A stretch of DNA of 32,000 nt from Longivirga aurantiaca. Its GTDB lineage: Bacteria; Actinomycetota; Actinomycetes; S36-B12; CAIYMF01. The notes under the pieces are model-generated. The model did no database searches. It was given only the letters and a program-made list of their open reading frames with translations, and was not told the DNA's origin. The translations under genes and the position numbers were made by a program. This document shows positions 1 through 6,620 of this stretch, one piece after another; position 1 is the first letter of the stretch; every line of letters begins with the position of its first letter. The stretch lies in contig NZ_JBHSTI010000008.1 of NCBI RefSeq assembly GCF_042660085.1, forward strand, positions 2,235,604-2,267,603. The letters run 5' to 3'.

Positions 1-3000
1 CTTGGCCAGCGTCGTCACCGAGGCAGCAGCCGTCGCGGCCGCGATGACGACGAGCCCGCTCAGCAGCGCCGCCGTCCACCAGCCGTACGCCGAGGCGAGC
101 GCGATCTGGGCGACCACGACGCCGAGCCCGACCGCGACTCCGACCATCACGGGGACGAGCCGGCACAGCTCGACCAGGACGCGCGCGACCTTCAGGCGCG
201 ACGGCGGGTCGTAGGTGCGGCTCCGGTCGGCCTTCTGCTCGACCCTGCGCAGCTTGGTCGGGGGGCTGCCGAGCCACGAGGTGCCGCTCTTGGCCTTCGT
301 CCGGCGTGGCGCCGCGGACAGCACGGCGACGAGCCCGCGCTTGGGCACCTTGCGGCCGGGGGCTGCCATCCCGGAGTTGCCCACGAACGCGTGCTTCCCG
401 ATCTCGACGTGCTCCACCCGCAGCCAGCCGCCGCCGAGCTCGTACCCGCCGAGGAGCGTGTCGTCGGCGAGGAAGGCCCCCTCGCGCACCGCGGTCAGCT
501 TGGGGATGAGAAGGACGGTCGAAGCCTCGACGCCCGGCCCGACGCTCGCACCCAACGAGCGCAGCCAGGCCGGCGTGAGCGAGCTCGAGTAGAGCGGGAA
601 CAGCCACGTCCGCGCCTCGTCGAGCGCACGCAGGGTCGCCCACGCCTGCCAGGCCCTCAGCCCGTGCACCGGATGCGCCCCCGGCACGAGCCCGACCCCG
701 AGCAGCCGCACGACGAGCCAGATGAGCAGGGCCAGGACCAGGAGGGCGACGACCGTCGCGACCGGCAGCCAGAGCATCGCGCGCAGCGCGGCCGCCCCCA
801 CCGATCCGGCACCGGTCAGCTGCGGTGCGACGACGGCGAGGGCAGCGACGGTGGCGACGCCGGGGAGCGCAGCGATGACGACCGCGATCCCGGTGTAGGC
901 GACCACCCACACCGGGCGGTTGCGCGGGCGCTCGTCCCACGGGCCGCGTGCCGCCTTGCGCAGCCGCGCAGGCGCGCCGGCCCACATCTCCCCCGCCGGC
1001 ACGACGTCGAAGACCGCCGACCCCGGCGCGATCTCCGCGCCGGCGCCGATGACCGCACCGGGAGCGAGCGTGCTGCGCATGCCGATCCGCGCGTCGGGCC
1101 CGATCTCGATGGCGCCGACACGCAGCAGGTCGCCGTCGAGCCAGTGGCCCGAGAGGTCGACCTCGGGCTCGACCGAGCACCCGTCGCCGAGCACGAGGTG
1201 GCCGGTGACGGGCGGGATCGAGTGGAGGTCGACGTGCCGACCGACGCGCACCCCGAGCAGCCGCGCGTAGAGCCGCATGAGCGTTGCTCCGGCGAGGTTC
1301 GCTGCACCGAGCTCCTCCGCCAGCCGCTCGGCGAACCACACCCGCAGGTGCACGGGACCACCGCGCGGATAGGTGCCCGGGCCGATGCCTGCGAGCACCA
1401 GCCGCGCACCGGCAGCGGTCAGCAGCATGCGGCCGGGAGCCGACACCAGCAGGAGCCAGGCGACGACGATGACGGGCCACGGCGCCGTGGGCAGCCAGCC
1501 GACGCCGAGCCACTGCGACGCAGCCGTGGTGCCGAACGCGACCCACGTGAGCCAGCGCAGACCGGTGATCGCGCGGAGCGGAAGGGTGAGCAGGACCTGC
1601 ACGATCTGCGATCCACGGGACACCGGGTGCACCGTGCGGTCGACGTACGCCGCCGGGGTGGCCAGCTCGTCGAGCGCCAGGGCGAGGTCGCCGATCCGAG
1701 GGTGGTCGTAGACCTCGGCGACCGTGACCTCGGGGTACGTCGCGCGCAGCCGCGAGACGAGCTGCGCGGCCGCGAGGCTGCCGCCCCCGAGGTCGAAGAA
1801 GTCGTCCTCGGTGCTGGTCACCGTCGCCCCGAGGATGTCGGCCCAGATGTCCTGCAGCTGCCCGGCGGTGCCCTCGAGGCGCGTCGTCTCGGTCGTGTCG
1901 ACGCTCGCGAGCGGCCACGGAAGCGCGTCGCGGTCGATCTTGCCGGAGGTGCGCGTCGGCAGCGTCTCGACCTGCGCGAGCCGAGGGACGAGCGCTGCCG
2001 GCATCGTGGCGCGCAGCGTGGCCAGGGAGGCCGCGGCGTCGAACTCCTCGGTGGTCGCGAGGTAGCCCACGAGCAGCGCGTTGCCCGAGCCGGTACGCCG
2101 TACTGCCGCCGCCGCACCCGTGACTCCCGGGAGCGCCAGCAGCGCGCTGTCGATCTCTCCGAGCTCGATCCGCCGACCGCCGACCTTCACCTGGTCGTCG
2201 GCTCGTCCGAGGAAGAGCAGCCCCTCCTCCTCGTAGCGGACGAGATCCCCGCTGCGGTAGGCGCGCTCCCAGCCGAGGGTCGGCATGGGGGCGTACTTCT
2301 CCGCGTCCTTCTCGGGATCGAGGTACCGCGCCAGGCCGACGCCGCCGATGATCAGCTCGCCCGTGCCACCCGGCTCGACCTGGACGCCTGCCTCGTCGAC
2401 CACGGCGAGGTCCCAGCCGTCGAGCGGCAGCCCGATCCGCACCGGCGGCTCACCGGTGAGGCGGGCGCCGCAGGCCACGACCGTCGCCTCGGTGGGCCCG
2501 TACGTGTTCCAGACCTCGCGGTCGTCCTCGACGAGCCGGGCGGCCAGCTCGGGAGGGCAGGCTTCGCCGCCGAGGATCAGCAGCCGCACCGCGGCGAGCG
2601 CGTCGGGCGGCCACAGCGCCACCAGCGTGGGCACCGTCGACACCACGGTGACGTCGTTGGCGACCAGCCACGGCCCGAGCTCCATGCCGCTGCGCACGAG
2701 CGACCGCGGCGCCGGCACGAGGCACGCGCCGTACGCCCACGCGAGCCACATCTCCTCGCACGACGCGTCGAACGCCACCGAGAGGCCCGCCATCACGCGG
2801 TCGCCGGGCCCGAGCGGCTCCTCCTGCAGGAACAGCCTCGACTCGGCGTCGACGAACGCCGCTGCGCTGCGGTGCGACACCGCCACGCCCTTCGGCGCAC
2901 CCGTCGAGCCCGACGTGAAGATCACCCAGGCGTCGTCCGCCGTGGTCGGCGCCGTGCCCTCGGCGCGCGGCGGCTTGGTACGGCGCACGGTCAGCTCGAG

Positions 3001-3357
3001 ATCGTCGGTCAGCACGGCGGCGACGTCCGCCTCGCCGAACACGGTGCGTGCACGCTCGTCGGGATCGTCGGCATCTACCGGGACGTACGCCGCTCCGGCC
3101 AGCAGCGTGCCCGCGATGGCGACGTAGAGGTCGGTCGTGCCCGAGCGGATCCGGACGCCCACCTTGTCGCCCGGCCCCACGCCGGCGGCGTGCAGCCCGG
3201 CTGCCACCTCCTCGGCGGCGTCGACGAACTCCTCGTAGGTCAGCACCTGGGCGCCGTTGTCGATGGCCGGCTCGTCGGGGTAGTCCGCCGCCGTCCGCCT
3301 CAGCACATCGACGAGGGTCCGCGGCGCGGCCGCCAGCGGTCCCCGCAGCAGAGTCAT
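1..3357 (-). CDS. Single-module NRPS of the epsilon-poly-L-lysine synthetase (Pls) type; A-T didomain followed by TM-helix pairs bracketing soluble hexapeptide-like domains. The C-terminal part runs off the left edge of the window.
   Basis: Not in the ORF track because no stop lies in the window. ATG at 3355-3357 (minus strand) opens a frame that I spot-checked at several blocks and that runs to nt 1 (1119 codons). Translation begins MTLLRGPLAAAPRTLVDVLRRTAADYPDEPAIDNG. Motifs: adenylation FTSGSTGAPKGV, NTYGPTEAT, GELIIGGVGLARYL, YRSGDL, GRADDQVKVGGRRIELGEI, LPTRTSGKIDR; carrier FFDLGGGSLAAAQL. These are followed by 6 hydrophobic helices around two soluble segments, and there is no C or TE domain. 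Confidence 0.9.
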   Translation of the reverse strand, partial: MTLLRGPLAAAPRTLVDVLRRTAADYPDEPAIDNGAQVLTYEEFVDAAEEVAAGLHAAGVGPGDKVGVRIRSGTTDLYVAIAGTLLAGAAYVPVDADDPDERARTVFGEADVAAVLTDDLELTVRRTKPPRAEGTAPTTADDAWVIFTSGSTGAPKGVAVSHRSAAAFVDAESRLFLQEEPLGPGDRVMAGLSVAFDASCEEMWLAWAYGACLVPAPRSLVRSGMELGPWLVANDVTVVSTVPTLVALWPPDALAAVRLLILGGEACPPELAARLVEDDREVWNTYGPTEATVVACGARLTGEPPVRIGLPLDGWDLAVVDEAGVQVEPGGTGELIIGGVGLARYLDPEKDAEKYAPMPTLGWERAYRSGDLVRYEEEGLLFLGRADDQVKVGGRRIELGEIDSALLALPGVTGAAAAVRRTGSGNALLVGYLATTEEFDAAASLATLRATMPAALVPRLAQVETLPTRTSGKIDRDALPWPLASVDTTETTRLEGTAGQLQDIWADILGATVTSTEDDFFDLGGGSLAAAQLVSRLRATYPEVTVAEVYDHPRIGDLALALDELATPAAYVDRTVHPVSRGSQIVQVLLTLPLRAITGLRWLTWVAFGTTAASQWLGVGWLPTAPWPVIVVAWLLLVSAPGRMLLTAAGARLVLAGIGPGTYPRGGPVHLRVWFAERLAEELGAANLAGATLMRLYARLLGVRVGRHVDLHSIPPVTGHLVLGDGCSVEPEVDLSGHWLDGDLLRVGAIEIGPDARIGMRSTLAPGAVIGAGAEIAPGSAVFDVVPAGEMWAGAPARLRKAARGPWDERPRNRPVWVVAYTGIAVVIAALPGVATVAALAVVAPQLTGAGSVGAAALRAMLWLPVATVVALLVLALLIWLVVRLLGVGLVPGAHPVHGLRAWQAWATLRALDEARTWLFPLYSSSLTPAWLRSLGASVGPGVEASTVLLIPKLTAVREGAFLADDTLLGGYELGGGWLRVEHVEIGKHAFVGNSGMAAPGRKVPKRGLVAVLSAAPRRTKAKSGTSWLGSPPTKLRRVEQKADRSRTYDPPSRLKVARVLVELCRLVPVMVGVAVGLGVVVAQIALASAYGWWTAALLSGLVVIAAATAAASVTTLAK

Positions 3358-3469
3358 ACGGGCAGTCTCGCGGATGGCGCAGCGCGGCACGACGACGACT
3401 CACCCGTCGACCGTCCGAGGACGCATCGCTCCGCGGGCACGTGCAGGACGCCTCGGACGTCGTACGTCT

Positions 3470-4840
3470 GTGCGCGCCCCCTTCCTCCCCCTCGCCCTGG
3501 CGGCGGCAGCCGTGCTGCTCGCAGGCTGCTCCGGCACCGACCCGGTCGATGGTGCGAGCACCCCGGCGTCGTCGGCTCTGCCGAGCAGCAGCGACCCCGC
3601 CGGCACCACGTCGGCGTCGCCCTCCCCCTCGTCGCCGCGGCCCACGAGCGCCGGGGCTGACGCGGCGCTCCTCGAGGCAGCGCGATCAGGTGACGTCGCC
3701 GGCATCCGCAGCGCGCTCGCCGACGGCGCAGACGTCGAGGCGGAGGACGACCTCGGCCGCACCGCGCTGGTGCGCGCGGCGTACGGCAACCACGTCGAGG
3801 CCGCCCGCGTGCTCGTGCGCGCGGACGCGGATGCCAACCACCTCGACGCGAGCACCCAGAGCCCGTACCTCATCGCCACGAGCGAGGTCGGTGACGACCC
3901 CCGCCTGCTCGATCTCCTCCTCGCGCACGGCGCCGACGTGCGCGCCAAGGACAGCTACAACGGCACGGGCCTGATCCGCGCAGCGGACCGCGGCTTCCCC
4001 GTGATCGTCGGCCGACTCCTCGACGCCGGTGTCGAGATCGACCACGTCAACCGGCTGGGGTGGACGGCGCTGCACGAGGCGGTGGTCCTCGGCGACGGGT
4101 CGCGCCGCTACCAGCAGGTGGTGCAGCTGCTCGTCGACGCCGGCGCCGATCCGCTGCTGCCCACCCAGCGCGATGGAATCCGCCCGCGCGCCCACGCGCA
4201 GCAGCGCGGATACACGAGGATCGACGCGATCCTCAAGGAGGCCTCGGTGGGACTCACTGCGAACGACCGCCTGCTGCAGCATGCGGGCGCCGGCAGCGTC
4301 GTGGCTGCCGAGGCCGCCCTCGCCGACGGCGCCGACCTCGAGGCCCGCGACTCGAAGGGGCGCACCGCGCTGCTCCTCGCCGCGACGGAGGACCGCGTCC
4401 CGATGGCGGAGATGCTGGTCGCCCGCGGCGCCGACGTCGACGCCCTCGACGGCCGGCACGACACCCCGTTCCTCGTCACCGGCGTCACGGGGAGCGTCGC
4501 GATGCTGAAGGCGCTGCTGCCGGGCCGCCCCGACACCACGATCCGCAACCGCTACGGCGGTGTCGCGGTGATCCCGGCGTCGGAGCGAGGCCACGTGGAG
4601 TACGTCGAGGCGGTGCTCGCCCTCACCGACATCGACGTGGACCACGTCAACGACCTGGGCTGGACCGCGCTGCTGGAGGCGGTGATCCTCGGGGACGGCG
4701 GGCCGCGCCATCAGGCGGTGGTGCGCGCGCTCCTGGCCGCCGGTGCCGACCGGTCGATCGCCGACCGCGACGGCGTCACCGCGCTCGAGCACGCCGAGCG
4801 GCGCGGCCAGGATGCGGTCGCGGCCCTGCTCCAGGGGTGA
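3470..4840 (+). CDS. Ankyrin-repeat lipoprotein (exported), built from two homologous modules of about 190 aa.
   Basis: Track ORF 3374..4840. A lipobox LLAGC|SG follows the hydrophobic stretch FLPLALAAAAVLLAGC. I prefer the GTG at 3470, which gives a short canonical signal and leaves 112 bp for divergent promoters; the alternative ATG at 3374 adds 32 aa. Multiple ANK consensus units are present (GRTALVRAAYGNHVEAARVLVRADADAN; GWTALHEAVVLGDG..VVQLLVDAGADP). Confidence 0.85.
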   Translation: MRAPFLPLALAAAAVLLAGCSGTDPVDGASTPASSALPSSSDPAGTTSASPSPSSPRPTSAGADAALLEAARSGDVAGIRSALADGADVEAEDDLGRTALVRAAYGNHVEAARVLVRADADANHLDASTQSPYLIATSEVGDDPRLLDLLLAHGADVRAKDSYNGTGLIRAADRGFPVIVGRLLDAGVEIDHVNRLGWTALHEAVVLGDGSRRYQQVVQLLVDAGADPLLPTQRDGIRPRAHAQQRGYTRIDAILKEASVGLTANDRLLQHAGAGSVVAAEAALADGADLEARDSKGRTALLLAATEDRVPMAEMLVARGADVDALDGRHDTPFLVTGVTGSVAMLKALLPGRPDTTIRNRYGGVAVIPASERGHVEYVEAVLALTDIDVDHVNDLGWTALLEAVILGDGGPRHQAVVRALLAAGADRSIADRDGVTALEHAERRGQDAVAALLQG

Positions 4841-5106
4841 GCACCGACCCGAGTCACCGGCCGGTGCGTCGTACGCCGACACCCGGATGACCCCTTCACC
4901 CCGTCCCGCACGTGATAACCGGGCGGTTCATCTGGCGTTAACAGAGCGTGGCCACGATTCACTCGTTCGGGCGGACAATCTCGTCGTCCCCCTCACGCTC
5001 CGCGCACATTGCCAGGTACGGTGACCCTCACGTGCGTTGCGGACACGACGCGTCTCTCGGCCGCGGGGGCGGTAGCCGGGGACAGTTCGGCTCGTCGTGG
5101 ACGGAG

Positions 5107-5127
5107 GCCGGCCCAGTGGGGGCCGGC
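5107..5127 (+). promoter_or_regulatory. Perfect 8-bp GC stem-loop in the 5' leader of the secreted-protein gene.
   Basis: GCCGGCCC-agtgg-GGGCCGGC, 30 nt upstream of the ATG at 5157 and about 15 nt upstream of the AAGGGGA Shine-Dalgarno sequence. Function not established. Confidence 0.3.
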
Positions 5128-5156
5128 TGATCGGGGACACAAAGGGGAACCGCTTC

Positions 5157-6527
5157 ATGAAGACTCGAGCATGGGTCGCCGGCCTGACCGGTGCAACCCT
5201 CGTCGCCACCCTCGGAGTCGTCACGTTGGGGAGCCTGCCGGCCGCCAACGCGACGGGCGAGGTCGAGGGCGGCACCATCACGCTCTCGACCGTGTACGGA
5301 AACCCCGGCAGCGGCACCGCTGTGTTCACCGCGCCGAGCGGCAGCACCGCGACGCCCAAGACCGAGACGCTCGGTCGCGGCAGCCGCTGCGCGCTCACGC
5401 AGTCCGGCTCGGACGTCATCAACTTCGCCTCGTCGCCGTCGGGTGCCGACGGCACGCCCGGCTTCGGCTACGGCGCCGTGGGCGTCAGCTCGCTCAACAA
5501 GCGCTCGGGCAACGCGTGCACGCAGGTCAACTCCGACGTCGACAACTCCGGCACCGACGAGTCCCTGACCGTCCTCCTGAACGGCACCGCCACCAAGTCG
5601 GTCTTCGGCCCGGGCAAGGCGTACAACGCCCAGCTCGACCTCGAGATCAAGGGCAACGCCACCCTCGTCATCACCACCGCCAACGCCGGCACGCCAGGCC
5701 GCACCTACACGGTGTACTCGGGCACGGCCGCCACCGGCATCACGCCGTCGGCGACCGAGATCGTCTGCAACAGCGGCACGTCCGACACCGGCCCCGACTC
5801 GACCTCCGGCGACAACTGCCAGGTCCGGTTCGGCGCCGCCTCGGTCGCGGCCACGGTCCCGGCCGACTTCTTCACCAGCCTCACCATTGAGGCCCTGGCC
5901 GGCTCGTTCTCGCTCGAGGGCGGCAGCGACTGGGGCACCGCCGCGGCGGCCAACCGCACCGTGTTCAAGCTCGCCGCGGTGCCGGACGGTCTCATCAACT
6001 GCCCGCTCGACAACCACGCCGAGAAGCTCGACTCGTCGTACGCCAACTGGGGCATCGAGGTCGACCGGATGGTCAACGGGGACGGGACCCCCTGCATCGC
6101 CCTCCCGTACGCACTCGTCACGGACGGCACGTCGGCGACGTTCCTCAAGCCGATCGACCAGCAGCTGACGGCGCAGTTCGCGCTCACGCTCAAGCACCTG
6201 GTGACCACCACCAACCCGCTCCCGATCGTGCAGTACGACTGGGAGGACGGCAACGGCCCGAGGGACCTGGCCAAGTGCGGCCCGGCCTACTACAACGGCG
6301 TCCAGGGCGGCAACGGCAGCGAGACCGACCTTGCGCTCATCACGGCCGGCAACCCGCCGCTGATCGACTACAACGCGCTCAAGGCGAACGTGGCCGATGC
6401 CAGCACGGTGACCGGCTACCAGCACGCCTGCGTCTACGCGCAGACCTCGGTGACGTTCGACGACGGCCGGATCCTGGCCATCGACTACGTCTACCTCACG
6501 GGCGACATCAAGTTCACGACCCGCTAG
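5157..6527 (+). CDS. Secreted protein of unknown function (456 aa, Sec signal, 8 Cys, Thr/Ser/Gly/Ala/Asn-rich).
   Basis: Track ORF 5097..6527. The internal ATG at 5157 is preceded by AAGGGGA 8-9 nt upstream and yields MKTRAWVAGLTGATLVATLGVVTLGSLPAANA|TGE, with an AxA cleavage site. GC3 is high in this frame. I recognise no domain, and there is no LPXTG motif or C-terminal TM helix. Confidence 0.8.
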   Translation: MKTRAWVAGLTGATLVATLGVVTLGSLPAANATGEVEGGTITLSTVYGNPGSGTAVFTAPSGSTATPKTETLGRGSRCALTQSGSDVINFASSPSGADGTPGFGYGAVGVSSLNKRSGNACTQVNSDVDNSGTDESLTVLLNGTATKSVFGPGKAYNAQLDLEIKGNATLVITTANAGTPGRTYTVYSGTAATGITPSATEIVCNSGTSDTGPDSTSGDNCQVRFGAASVAATVPADFFTSLTIEALAGSFSLEGGSDWGTAAAANRTVFKLAAVPDGLINCPLDNHAEKLDSSYANWGIEVDRMVNGDGTPCIALPYALVTDGTSATFLKPIDQQLTAQFALTLKHLVTTTNPLPIVQYDWEDGNGPRDLAKCGPAYYNGVQGGNGSETDLALITAGNPPLIDYNALKANVADASTVTGYQHACVYAQTSVTFDDGRILAIDYVYLTGDIKFTTR

Positions 6528-6538
6528 ACCGCTCGACG

Positions 6539-6572
6539 AGGGGGCGGAGTCGGCTTCGGTCGGCTCCGCCCT
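6539..6572. terminator. Bidirectional intrinsic-terminator-like hairpin between convergent genes.
   Basis: GGGGGCGGAGTCGGC-TTCG-GTCGGCTCCGCCCTC: about 15 bp of stem (with G-U pairs) closed by a C(UUCG)G tetraloop. It lies 12 nt after the TAG at 6525-6527 and about 50 nt after the stop of the minus-strand cyclase gene. There is no long U tract, which is usual in high-GC actinobacteria. Confidence 0.6.
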
Positions 6573-6620
6573 CTCGCTGTCTGCGCGGGCGCCGGCGGAG
6601 GGCACGCCCAGCGGAGCGGC

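Noticed and set aside
391-3660. 1089-aa plus-strand ORF covering the left end of the window.
   Set aside because: The composition is Arg/Asp/Glu/Gly/His/Pro-rich and low-complexity, with no motifs. It lies exactly opposite a minus-strand frame that carries a full set of NRPS A/T core motifs. This is a classic high-GC shadow ORF.
4948-5130. 60-codon plus-strand ORF inside the long leader, a possible uORF or small protein.
   Set aside because: GC3 is only about 80% by my count, close to what the region gives by chance. There is no SD or -10 element in the right place, the peptide is Ser/Gly/Arg-rich, and it contains the hairpin sequence. It is kept only as part of the leader observation.
4841-5156. 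Possible cyclic-di-AMP (ydaO-type) or other riboswitch upstream of a secreted-protein gene.
   Set aside because: I can see GGGGA/ACCC-like fragments, but I cannot align the region to the consensus from memory with any rigour. An Infernal search is needed, so the region is not called as ncRNA.
5028-6605. 525-aa minus-strand ORF opposite the secreted-protein gene.
   Set aside because: The plus frame has the signal peptide, the SD and near-uniform G/C at third positions. The minus frame is R/G/E/V-rich junk that runs through the terminator hairpin.
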